Of a stretch of 55,634 bases of DNA, positions 26,469-34,817 are shown one piece after another (the first letter of the stretch is position 1; the number at the start of each line of letters is the position of its first letter). The notes under the pieces were generated by a model. The model did not search any database. It saw nothing but the letters and a program-made list of their open reading frames with translations, and was not told the origin of the DNA. Made by a program: the position numbers and the translations under genes. Origin of the DNA: a virus; the IMG/VR virus record IMGVR_UViG_3300038317_000068. One strand, 5' to 3'.

Positions 26469-27839
26469 TTATCTCCTCCTTGCACCTCTGCCGCTGTAAT
26501 TCTTTCTATGCCTGTATAACAAACTATCTGTATATACTGCATAACGATTTCTGTCCATACAGTGGTCATTTTCTTTTAATGGTTCATCAATGCCTCTTTG
26601 TGTGGCTTTTTCATCCCATATATAAGCACTGAATTCCCTTTTATCTTCAATGCAATCGGGTTCGATTGTAAACTTCCCTTCTTGTAATTTCACCCCCACT
26701 GCCTGAATACCTTTTATTACATTGTTCTTCGCTGGCACTATCTGAATATTTCTTTCTTTAAAGAATGTCCTTGTTCTCATTTCAGCGATTAAACTGGTTG
26801 CACTTGGGTCAACTGTAACATATCTTACATTGTTGCCACCTATAAAATCAATCAAGTCATTTACATAATCCCTATCTGTTTTCTGTTTACCTTTGTCCCT
26901 GCCGCTGTAATAATAATAATCAAATAAATGGTAATGCCCATCCCTTACACCATATAATCCGAAAGTACATGGGTTCTGTGTACCGTAGTCGATTGATATA
27001 AACAACCTTTCTGCTTGCCTTTTATTAAATGGTTCATGTTTAATATTTCTTTCTTCATCAAACATATCATAAATAACACCTTCTGCCAGCACCCACAAAC
27101 CCAGTATATATCTCTTATAGAATATGCCAGCATACATTCGCTTATATCTGTCTTTTACTTTTTCATTTAAACTTAAATTGTCATCCATAGTAAAATGAAG
27201 ATATAATGCAAGTTTTTCATCTTTTTTATCAATCCAGTTTGTCTTGAACCAATGATAAGGTCCGTCTGGGTTACAGTTAAACCAGTATTTTGAACCTTCT
27301 ACTGAACAACGTCCTGTCGCTTGGTTCACGAAACTTTCTGGCATAAGTGCAACTTCATCAAAGAAACACCCTGCAAGTGTAATACCTTGAATTAAATCTT
27401 GGCTGGCTTCATCTTTGCCGCCGAATATATAATAATAGTTGCTTGCTACTGTACCATCTTTCCTCTTATTGCTAATAATTAAAAGGTTGTCCGCCCTGTG
27501 GTCTTGTACTACATAGCCTCTACTTTTCAACATTCGCTTAAGTGGTTGCACAACATTTCTTCGAAATGAACCTATTGTTTTTCCACACATACCGAGGTTC
27601 TCACCATTAAATGTCTCATTTCCCCATATTACATATGATAAAGCCATTGAAACAGTTTTACCGCTTCTTATTGCTCCATCTGCTATAATAGCATCATAAT
27701 CTCTGTATGGGCTTGCTGGCATATACCATGTCAAGACCTTTTTCTGTTTTGTACTAAATGGCTGAAACTTAAATACTGGTATAGCCAATTTATTCATCAT
27801 TGCCATTGTCATCACCCCAGACTTCGTCAGCCTGTGCAT
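26469..27839 (-). CDS. terL: Terminase large subunit (about 447-456 aa; the start among several ATGs at 27812-27797 is uncertain)
   Basis: Walker A-like ADGAIRSGKT; Walker B GCFFDEV; C-terminal nuclease-like ISIDYG... Confidence 0.88.
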   Translation of the reverse strand: MHRLTKSGVMTMAMMNKLAIPVFKFQPFSTKQKKVLTWYMPASPYRDYDAIIADGAIRSGKTVSMALSYVIWGNETFNGENLGMCGKTIGSFRRNVVQPLKRMLKSRGYVVQDHRADNLLIISNKRKDGTVASNYYYIFGGKDEASQDLIQGITLAGCFFDEVALMPESFVNQATGRCSVEGSKYWFNCNPDGPYHWFKTNWIDKKDEKLALYLHFTMDDNLSLNEKVKDRYKRMYAGIFYKRYILGLWVLAEGVIYDMFDEERNIKHEPFNKRQAERLFISIDYGTQNPCTFGLYGVRDGHYHLFDYYYYSGRDKGKQKTDRDYVNDLIDFIGGNNVRYVTVDPSATSLIAEMRTRTFFKERNIQIVPAKNNVIKGIQAVGVKLQEGKFTIEPDCIEDKREFSAYIWDEKATQRGIDEPLKENDHCMDRNRYAVYTDSLLYRHRKNYSGRGARRR

Positions 27840-28362
27840 TCATTGCATCTATAAAGCCATCATTTTCGGGCACTGTAATTTCACCACTTGCCTTCTTCCT
27901 TTCAAGGTCAAGTTTCTGTTCTGCAACAATAACCTTTCTCAGGTCAAGAGCATTTGCAAGCCCTGTCGCCAACCTTTGCCCCTCTTGTATCTTTTCAAGA
28001 ATATTTGCAATTCTTTCAAGTGTACCGACTTTATATTGTCCACTGTCATATTGCAACTGTTCCTCTTTATGGTCTAATATATCATTCACAATACTTAATA
28101 TTTTTTCCCATGTATCATAATGCTTAACACTTAATTCCGCTCGCCTATCACTTAAACTGGTTGCAATTTTATTTTCTGCCTCGGATATAACCTTTTCTTT
28201 TAAGTCCCTTCTGGATTCTCGCCATTGGTCTTTTAGTGCTATTTTTTTCACTGATTCATAGGAAATACCGTATTTTTTAGCGATATCATTATATGTGCAA
28301 TCACTGTTCACATATTCGAGTTTCATTTTGGCATTACGATGAGCCTTTTCATCCATATTCAT
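27790..28362 (-). CDS. terS: Terminase small subunit (190 aa)
   Basis: N-terminal HTH CTYNDIAKKYGISYESVKKIALKDQW; position upstream of terL. Confidence 0.75.
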   Translation of the reverse strand: MNMDEKAHRNAKMKLEYVNSDCTYNDIAKKYGISYESVKKIALKDQWRESRRDLKEKVISEAENKIATSLSDRRAELSVKHYDTWEKILSIVNDILDHKEEQLQYDSGQYKVGTLERIANILEKIQEGQRLATGLANALDLRKVIVAEQKLDLERKKASGEITVPENDGFIDAMNAQADEVWGDDNGNDE

Positions 28363-28377
28363 TTCAAACACACCACC

Positions 28378-28689
28378 TCATTTATTAAATAATTTTCGCT
28401 TCCTACATGATAACTTTTTTCCCTTTTGTTTCCTTACCTTAATTAAGTCTTCTATCTTGTTTATATAGCGGCTGTTTGTGCTTAACCTTACCAAACTCCT
28501 TAAATAATAATTGCTTGCCCTGCTGGGTATTTTCTGCATAAGCACAAAGTTAATCGCATCCCTGCCAGCCTTAAAACTTTTTAAGTGGGTATGCCCTTTA
28601 TCAAAGTCTTTGTCTGTATTATATACCACAATGCCACCATCAGCATTAAATATAATAAAATTGTCTTTATGATATTTCATACAGCCCAT
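28378..28689 (-). CDS. Hypothetical basic protein (103 aa); first gene of the packaging operon
   Basis: ORF track; follows a class III promoter and a leader of about 130 nt. Confidence 0.55.
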   Translation of the reverse strand: MGCMKYHKDNFIIFNADGGIVVYNTDKDFDKGHTHLKSFKAGRDAINFVLMQKIPSRASNYYLRSLVRLSTNSRYINKIEDLIKVRKQKGKKLSCRKRKLFNK

Positions 28690-28824
28690 TGATATTATTT
28701 CATCCCCTTCTTTTTATTTGTGTTGTTTTTCCTATATAGAGAAACACCACTTAAATAACTTTTTCCCTGTTGAACACCGTTCATCAAGGAGTTGAAATGT
28801 GGTTCAACTTGTTTCCACACTATT

Positions 28825-28865
28825 ATTATATAATACGACGACGAACATTAAGTGTAAAGATAGTG
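28825..28865 (-). promoter_or_regulatory. Class III (late) promoter with a conserved upstream box
   Basis: Minus strand: CACTATCTTTACACTTAA-N17-TATAAT. Confidence 0.65.
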
Positions 28866-29034
28866 CGTCGCCGCATCTTTCTCATAGGTTTTTTATAATT
28901 TTTTATGATTTTACATATATTTTTATATAATATTCAAAGTAAATAATTTCACTGGTTGCAAAGTTTACCAGTTGACAAGTATATAAATATTCTATTTTTT
29001 ACCTATATTATTCCTTATGTTATTACTTATATGT

Positions 29035-29077
29035 ATAAAAAAAGTAACTACCTATGTCAATTCATAAGTAATTACTT
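29035..29077 (-). terminator. Rho-independent terminator closing the middle operon
   Basis: Minus strand: AAGTAATTAC-loop-GTAGTTACTT followed by a T-run. Confidence 0.65.
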
Positions 29078-29137
29078 CTCTTTTCTTCGCCCCTACCAAC
29101 TGGGGATTTTCTTTTGTACCGCCGCCCTTGCTGGGTT

Positions 29138-29275
29138 TTATCTCTTGTTCTTGCTGTGTTCTTTATCATATTGTTCCGATAAATATAAATTCTTCTTTGC
29201 CTCTACACCGCCAGCCTTCCAACATACCCATAATATTCCGATTATAATTATGCCGCTAATAACCAGCACATCCAT
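29138..29275 (-). CDS. Small membrane protein (45 aa); below the ORF-track length cutoff
   Basis: My translation: MDVLVISGIIIIGILWVCWKAGGVEAKKNLYLSEQYDKEHSKNKR; RBS AAGGGGGAA. Confidence 0.5.
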   Translation of the reverse strand: MDVLVISGIIIIGILWVCWKAGGVEAKKNLYLSEQYDKEHSKNKR

Positions 29276-29277
29276 TC

Positions 29278-29862
29278 TTATTTCCCCCTTTCGATTACTC
29301 TTGCCGCCCACATGTCAGCACTATGCAATAATAAATATAATGGAGTCTCTTTGCCTTTAATGTCCTGCCCTGCTGGAGTATATAAACCATTATGATATAA
29401 TATTGCATTATATTCATCTATGGTTAAATCTATATACTGGCTTATTGTGGTTACACTAATAAATTCATGTCGAATATTTAATAGTTTTTTATTTCCCTCA
29501 AATCCACCAGTTGGAATCTTTTCTGTCCTTACTACCTGTCCGCTTACTATTAAATTCTTTTCCTCATATGCTGGCACATAATAAGGTTCTCCATTAAGTC
29601 CCATTTTACCAATGTCATGAAGTAAACCTGTAATCTTTATTGAATTTTCGTCTACCCCTGCATTAAGTGCCTCGTTCATCTTTGTCATAGTTTCATATAC
29701 ATTAAGGCTGTGTTCTGCCAACCCTCCCTCTTTTGCAAGATGATATTTACTACTACATGGGGCTTCATAAAATCCATGTATAGCCATATACAATGTCAGT
29801 TCTGCAATTCCTTTCCTTTCTGTACTGTGTAAAAGATTCATAATTTTATCTTTATTTACCAT
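29278..29862 (-). CDS. HD-domain phosphohydrolase (YhaM-type HD, 194 aa)
   Basis: KYHLAKEGGLAEHSLNV and ITGLLHDIGK. Confidence 0.8.
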   Translation of the reverse strand: MVNKDKIMNLLHSTERKGIAELTLYMAIHGFYEAPCSSKYHLAKEGGLAEHSLNVYETMTKMNEALNAGVDENSIKITGLLHDIGKMGLNGEPYYVPAYEEKNLIVSGQVVRTEKIPTGGFEGNKKLLNIRHEFISVTTISQYIDLTIDEYNAILYHNGLYTPAGQDIKGKETPLYLLLHSADMWAARVIERGK

Positions 29863-30352
29863 TATTATCCTCCTCTGGATTAATAAATTTACTTTTACAT
29901 TGTTGTCGCCCTTTTAAGATTACCATCATATTTGATATCGCCTGTGCCTTTAACTTTTTAATGCTGTCCTCACTACAATTTAAATCCAATGCTATATCTA
30001 AAATATCAGCACCATCAATATAATATTTCCTTAATATTTTACTGTATGCCTTGTCTGCCCTTTTTACATCAATGGTATCAATTATTTCATTTATTTCCTT
30101 TATAGTTACCTCCAATTCAGCGATTTCTGTTTGCACCTGTGTAAGTCTATTCAATTCTGTCTCTGTGTTGGTTACATGGGTTGCATGAGGCATTCCATCA
30201 AATCTCATGGCTGATATGGGTTTTGGTCCACTATTTAATATTCGTCGTTGTTCACTTTTTAATTTTAATAATCGTCCTTTTAATAAGCAGTACTCCCTAA
30301 AAAATTGTTCAATTTCTTTATAGGATTTTCTGCCGCTACCTTTTGCACCCAT
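29852..30352 (-). CDS. Putative late-gene transcription regulator (sigma-70 region-4-like; ArpU/RinA/DUF1492-type, 166 aa)
   Basis: C-terminal HTH ADILDIALDLNCSEDSIKKLKAQAISNM; coiled-coil centre; lies close upstream of the packaging module. Confidence 0.55.
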   Translation of the reverse strand: MGAKGSGRKSYKEIEQFFREYCLLKGRLLKLKSEQRRILNSGPKPISAMRFDGMPHATHVTNTETELNRLTQVQTEIAELEVTIKEINEIIDTIDVKRADKAYSKILRKYYIDGADILDIALDLNCSEDSIKKLKAQAISNMMVILKGRQQCKSKFINPEEDNNGK

Positions 30353-30364
30353 AGGAACACCCCC

Positions 30365-30769
30365 TTAATTCTTACCTCTTCTCCTTTTCTTACCCTGCCT
30401 TTTTCTTATTAGTATGATACTAATAATTGCATAGTTTGCAAGGTCAAGCAATGTGTCGATTATTGTTTCATCCTTTACCTTTTGCACACCCTTTTTAATA
30501 ATACTTTTGAACCTGTTTACCTTATCTGATAACCTTACTGCCAAACTTACTTCACCGAACTCGTTATATAAGTCTTCAACACTACTGCCATAATCAGCAT
30601 TTTTCGCTATATAGGTATCCAACATCTGTTCAGTTATTTCCCTAAACATAACAACATCTTCGGGTTCTTCTTGTTGCCCCAGTGCTTGCCGCATTGTTTT
30701 CCCCACATCCTGCATACCTTTATTGAAATTATTTATTGCCTGTGTAAGTGGGTCGTTTTGCTGTGCCAT
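30365..30769 (-). CDS. All-alpha protein with a KNADYG...DKxxR signature (DUF1599 / MazG-like nucleotide-associated fold, tentative; 134 aa)
   Basis: IAKNADYGSSVEDL...VRLSDKVNRFK...DTLLDLANYAI; basic C-terminal tail. Confidence 0.4.
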   Translation of the reverse strand: MAQQNDPLTQAINNFNKGMQDVGKTMRQALGQQEEPEDVVMFREITEQMLDTYIAKNADYGSSVEDLYNEFGEVSLAVRLSDKVNRFKSIIKKGVQKVKDETIIDTLLDLANYAIISIILIRKRQGKKRRRGKN

Positions 30770-30773
30770 AAAA

Positions 30774-31100
30774 TCAACTCCTCTTGAATTCAGTTGCAAC
30801 AATGTCATTATATGTGCCATACATTGCCGCCAGTGTTTGCTCCATACCTTGCTTTAATGCCTCCATATACTTTATTGTGTCCATAAATTCCTCTGCTGTC
30901 TCTGCTATAAAATAGCCGCCTTGATTACTGCATATAGGTTTCCCCTGCCTTCTTAATTCACCAATCATTATTCTGGCTGTGGCTGGGCTTGCATGTAATG
31001 CACTACTATGAATCGGGTCATCCTTTGTATGCCCCAGTATTTTTTCATATACAGAGTCAAGTTCTGACTGTTCAAACTTTCGTTCTTTTTTCTGTTTCAT
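30774..31100 (-). CDS. Hypothetical protein, possible winged-helix (108 aa)
   Basis: ORF track; first gene after a class II promoter. Confidence 0.55.
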   Translation of the reverse strand: MKQKKERKFEQSELDSVYEKILGHTKDDPIHSSALHASPATARIMIGELRRQGKPICSNQGGYFIAETAEEFMDTIKYMEALKQGMEQTLAAMYGTYNDIVATEFKRS

Positions 31101-31122
31101 AAGCCTTTCCTCCTTTTTTATC

Positions 31123-31161
31123 TTACACTAAATATATAGTATTTTCTGCTAAAAATTAAAG
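31123..31161 (-). promoter_or_regulatory. Class II phage promoter
   Basis: Minus strand: TGCTTTAA-N17-TATATATTTAGTGTAA. Confidence 0.7.
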
Positions 31162-31168
31162 CAAAGAA

Positions 31169-31201
31169 TAAAAAAAAATAAGGGCTTTTGTGCCCTTATT
31201 T
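31169..31201 (-). terminator. Rho-independent terminator
   Basis: Minus strand: AATAAGGGC-ACAAAA-GCCCTTATT followed by a T8 run. Confidence 0.8.
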
Positions 31202-31405
31202 TGATTTATATTTTTCAATTAAATCATTGCTGTATCCCCTTTTATTTAACTCCCTTGCTAATACACCAGCCTCAAATTCGGCGTCCCCCAGTGCAACCAT
31301 TACACCCTCATTCATTATACCCTTTTTATTTATTGTATAATTTATTCGCCTTATAGTTTCATCCGCCTTTTGTAAATTCCTTAATTCCTCAACTGCATCA
31401 AACAT
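31196..31405 (-). CDS. Hypothetical early protein (69 aa)
   Basis: ORF track. Confidence 0.55.
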   Translation of the reverse strand: MFDAVEELRNLQKADETIRRINYTINKKGIMNEGVMVALGDAEFEAGVLARELNKRGYSNDLIEKYKSK

Positions 31406-31452
31406 ATCTTTCCCTCCTTAAATTGGAGGGGGCTTTGTGCCCCCTGCTTACT

Positions 31453-31752
31453 TTAATATAATGCCACTGGGTTTTCCAACCACTCAAGGGCTTCTTCTAA
31501 TGTTTCCCATTCTCCATATGTGCTATAATCAAATTCACCATCAAATCCTTCAACTGGGGTTTTACCTAATATAGTAAGCGGTTCATCTTCATCCCCATCC
31601 ATCAGTTGTATTGTATTGCCTTCAATATCCTTCGGGTCATCTTCGTAAACTGTCATCCATAATGTAACACCTTTGTAAGTTACCACATACCCCCATTCTG
31701 GGTCATACTTTGTAACACATTCTTCAGTTATGTCTTTTAATACTTTGCTCAT
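31453..31752 (-). CDS. Highly acidic early protein (99 aa)
   Basis: About 28 of 99 residues are D or E by eye; first gene behind a class I promoter; RBS AAGGAGGTG. Confidence 0.65.
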   Translation of the reverse strand: MSKVLKDITEECVTKYDPEWGYVVTYKGVTLWMTVYEDDPKDIEGNTIQLMDGDEDEPLTILGKTPVEGFDGEFDYSTYGEWETLEEALEWLENPVALY

Positions 31753-31802
31753 ATGAGCACCTCCTTAAAGTTTTTTATCGTGTACCCCTTCGGTACAATT
31801 AT

Positions 31803-31831
31803 ATTATATTATATAATAATATAAATTGCAA
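31803..31831 (-). promoter_or_regulatory. Class I promoter
   Basis: Minus strand: TTGCAA-N17-TATAAT. Confidence 0.7.
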
Positions 31832-31841
31832 TACTTTTCAA

Positions 31842-31873
31842 TAAAAAAGATGAGGTTTTTTTTATGCCTCATC
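31842..31873 (-). terminator. Rho-independent terminator
   Basis: Minus strand: GATGAGG-loop-CCTCATC followed by a T6 run. Confidence 0.65.
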
Positions 31874-32029
31874 TAAATATCTTTCATACAAGCCCCACAT
31901 TTTAGTAAATTTCTTATCTGCCCTTTTTTCGCCCAGTTTTTCCAAATCCTTGTCATAATCATAATTGTTTTGTTTGCACCATTCATCAAAGGTAAGTTTC
32001 GGCTGGCTGTTTACTGTATATTCGTCCAT
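31862..32029 (-). CDS. Small hypothetical protein (55 aa); below the ORF-track cutoff
   Basis: My translation: MDEYTVNSQPKLTFDEWCKQNNYDYDKDLEKLGEKRADKKFTKMWGLYERYLDEA; RBS GGGGGTGA. Confidence 0.5.
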   Translation of the reverse strand: MDEYTVNSQPKLTFDEWCKQNNYDYDKDLEKLGEKRADKKFTKMWGLYERYLDEA

Positions 32030-32041
32030 ACTATCACCCCC

Positions 32042-32971
32042 TTAAAAGGGTAATTGACTTCTTTCACTTAATGCTAAAATATCAACCATTAATTTTTCCA
32101 TTGCCATATCCTGTTCGATTTTACCAGTCTTAATTCCAAATTCTGCCCCCTGTATATATCGCAACACAGCCAGTAAATTATTAAGACTGTAATTACCTAC
32201 CTTATCCCTCACATGATTTATCTGCCAACTACTTAAACCAGTTGCCGCAGTTATTTCCCTGTTCTGCTTATCCTGCATGGCTTGCACCATCATCACATTT
32301 TTAAAGTTCATATATAGTATGGCAATTATTTTAATCGGGCTTTCATTCCTTTCCTTCAATTCCTTATATAACTGAAATGCAAGGTCTGCATCCCCTGCCA
32401 GCATTGCCGCACTCATATCAAATACAACATCTTCGGGGAGTGGGGTTACTAATTCCTCAATAGTTTTGTTATCCACAAAGGGTAATCTTTTTAATTTATC
32501 CAATTCGAGTTCAATCCTATTAAAATCATAATTGCACCTTTCAGCAATCATTTCAGCGGTTGCCTTATTTACAGTTATATTTTTCATCACATAACTTACC
32601 AACTGGGATTCAGTAAGTTTATCAAACTCAACAACATCGTCCTTCATTGCATGGTAAAAAGAACTTCTTTTATCAAGGTTGTAATATATAAGCACAACCT
32701 TATTTTTTCCGATAAGTTCTTTTATTCTATCCCAGCCACAATCCACATTTAATAATTCACTGTCATTATATACTGCATACAATGCCTTTTTTCTGAATAG
32801 GCTGGGGGCTTCCAGTTTTGGTATTAAGTCCGAAAATTTATCCGTTCTTATAATGTTACTGCACATTTTATTCATATACATTTTCATCATACCACTTTCA
32901 ACACCAGTAAACACATATAAATTTTTAGTCATTCCAGTAACAATTTCATTTTTCAAATCAACTAAATCCAT
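32042..32971 (-). CDS. holA: Clamp-loader delta subunit (HolA-like, 309 aa)
   Basis: N-terminus KNLYVFTGVESGMM; clamp-wrench-like EAPSLFRKKALY; follows the delta-prime and DnaX genes. Confidence 0.7.
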   Translation of the reverse strand: MDLVDLKNEIVTGMTKNLYVFTGVESGMMKMYMNKMCSNIIRTDKFSDLIPKLEAPSLFRKKALYAVYNDSELLNVDCGWDRIKELIGKNKVVLIYYNLDKRSSFYHAMKDDVVEFDKLTESQLVSYVMKNITVNKATAEMIAERCNYDFNRIELELDKLKRLPFVDNKTIEELVTPLPEDVVFDMSAAMLAGDADLAFQLYKELKERNESPIKIIAILYMNFKNVMMVQAMQDKQNREITAATGLSSWQINHVRDKVGNYSLNNLLAVLRYIQGAEFGIKTGKIEQDMAMEKLMVDILALSERSQLPF

Positions 32972-32974
32972 TAA

Positions 32975-33775
32975 TTAAACCTCCCTCCATATTTTTCTCA
33001 TGTCCAGTATAAACATATCGAATAATGATTGTTTGCTTACACCCTTAAGAGTAAACTTTTTCTTATAGTCATAAAGAATATACATAGTTTTAAGGTATCG
33101 GTCATCCTTTGTTTCAATAATTCTTTTCCTGCCAACATTAATCATCATATAGAAAAATAATTCCAGTGGATATCCATCTTGGTCATCCTTTATCTGTATA
33201 TGCTTACCGATATTAAAACTGTTTAATGTGCTTACCCTGCCAACATTATCATAAACAGTTTCACAGAACTTGTATAACTTTGCCGCCCCTATATCCTGCA
33301 ATTCTTTTATCTGCCCTATATTTTGAGCACACTGCAATATTAATTTATCGTCAGTTACTTGCTTTAATTGTTCCACTGTATAAGGTTCCAGCCAGTAAGT
33401 TTGTCCCCTGCTTTTTATTGTACTTAATATATTTGCTGGGTCTGTAATACTCATTAAAATATAACAATGCTTCGGCGGTTCTTCTGCCACCTTAAGCAAG
33501 GCATTTTCTGCCTGTGGAGTCATATCATCGGCATCCTTTAAATAATATATAATATCATGGCTTAACTTATTTGCTTCATCAATCAATGCCCTAATATTAT
33601 CCACCTTTAAAGCCTCTGGCTGTACTACTGGCACACCCATTATTTCCGCCAGTGCCTTAACCATTGTGCTTTTTCCCTGCCCTTTGTCCCCTGCTAATAT
33701 AATAAACTGGGGGAGGGCATTTTGTGCCCTTAAATCCCTAAATTTATTGAAAAGTTTTGTTTGTCCTATAAGCAT
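32975..33775 (-). CDS. holB: Clamp-loader delta-prime-like AAA+ subunit (HolB-like, 266 aa)
   Basis: Start MLIGQTKLFNKF follows GGAGGTG; P-loop-like ILAGDKGQGKST; LLKVAEEPP sensor block. Confidence 0.7.
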   Translation of the reverse strand: MLIGQTKLFNKFRDLRAQNALPQFIILAGDKGQGKSTMVKALAEIMGVPVVQPEALKVDNIRALIDEANKLSHDIIYYLKDADDMTPQAENALLKVAEEPPKHCYILMSITDPANILSTIKSRGQTYWLEPYTVEQLKQVTDDKLILQCAQNIGQIKELQDIGAAKLYKFCETVYDNVGRVSTLNSFNIGKHIQIKDDQDGYPLELFFYMMINVGRKRIIETKDDRYLKTMYILYDYKKKFTLKGVSKQSLFDMFILDMRKIWREV

Positions 33776-34806
33776 AACATCAGCACCTCCGCCTCGATAA
33801 GCGGTTTTACATTGCTTTCCCATTTAATCTTCGCATTAAGTTCGATAAATGTTTGTAATACTTCCTTAAAGAAATCAGTTTCATTATCCCTGTATTCATC
33901 CAAATCTTCGGCATATAATTTCGGGATACTAATATAATCAAAGTTACCCAGCAACTTATATTTTATAATATCGAGTAAAAAATAACTGTATAACTTTGCA
34001 AACTGCTTAAGGTCTTTGCCGTCCATGTAAAGCCCTTCAATTATTTCAATACATTTATCGGCATGTTCTGCCAGTATTTCATCAGTAAGTTTGAAAAATG
34101 TTGCATAATCTGCCGAACCGAGTGCATTTACCACATTTTCAAGGGTTATATTTTCATTATAACCACAACATTTATCCAGCATGGTAATTGCATCTCGCAT
34201 TCCACCCTCTGCCAGCTTTGCAATATATTCGAGGGCATCCTGTTCATAATTATAAAATCCATCTGGTCCACCCTTACCCATTATTTCTTCATTTTCCATT
34301 GTGAGTATATATTGCAACCTTTTAACGATATTTACTGTACTGTGTTTTTTAATATCAAACCTTTGCACCCTGCTTAATATTGTTGCTGGTATTTTCTGAG
34401 GGTCAGTTGTGCACATCATAAAAATTGTTTTAACTGGGGGTTCCTCTAATACTTTCAGCATTGCATTCCATGCACCAGTTGTCAACATATGGCACTCATC
34501 TATAATATAAACTTTCCATTCACAGTCCATGGCTTTAAACTTGCTGTCGTCTATAATAGCCCTTACATTATCAACTCCGTTATTACTTGCACCATCTACT
34601 TCAATCGGTTGCCCTTTGCCGCCATTTATTGCACTTGCTAATATTCTCGCCAGTGTTGTTTTTCCTGTCCCTGCTGGTCCTGTGAATAAATATGCTTGCT
34701 TAACTTCCTTTTTATCAATTTGATTCTGTAAAATATGCTTAACATTTTCCTGTCCAACCACATCATCAAAGGTTTTAGGTCTGTACTTTGTTGCTAAAGA
34801 TTCCAT
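33766..34806 (-). CDS. dnaX: Clamp-loader ATPase DnaX (gamma-like, 346 aa)
   Basis: KYRPKTFDDVVGQENV, GPAGTGKTT, IIDECHML, LKVLEEPP, SRVQRF. Confidence 0.9.
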   Translation of the reverse strand: MESLATKYRPKTFDDVVGQENVKHILQNQIDKKEVKQAYLFTGPAGTGKTTLARILASAINGGKGQPIEVDGASNNGVDNVRAIIDDSKFKAMDCEWKVYIIDECHMLTTGAWNAMLKVLEEPPVKTIFMMCTTDPQKIPATILSRVQRFDIKKHSTVNIVKRLQYILTMENEEIMGKGGPDGFYNYEQDALEYIAKLAEGGMRDAITMLDKCCGYNENITLENVVNALGSADYATFFKLTDEILAEHADKCIEIIEGLYMDGKDLKQFAKLYSYFLLDIIKYKLLGNFDYISIPKLYAEDLDEYRDNETDFFKEVLQTFIELNAKIKWESNVKPLIEAEVLMLCL

Positions 34807-34817
34807 CGAAATCCCTC

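Noticed and set aside
28690-32041. tRNA or other structured RNA genes in the larger intergenic gaps (28690-29137, 31753-31861, 22061-22258, 5173-5425)
   Set aside because: I could find no cloverleaf-compatible stems or conserved GTTC/TPsiC-like box by eye. The gaps are explained by promoters, terminators and leaders. A tRNAscan/Infernal run would be needed for certainty.
33749-33763. Counting the HolB-like N-terminus MLIGQTKLFNKF as a fifth clamp-binding peptide
   Set aside because: The segment aligns with the ordinary N-terminal helix of delta-prime/RFC-like subunits (GQ..l...l pattern). The resemblance may be coincidental, so it is mentioned only as ambiguous.
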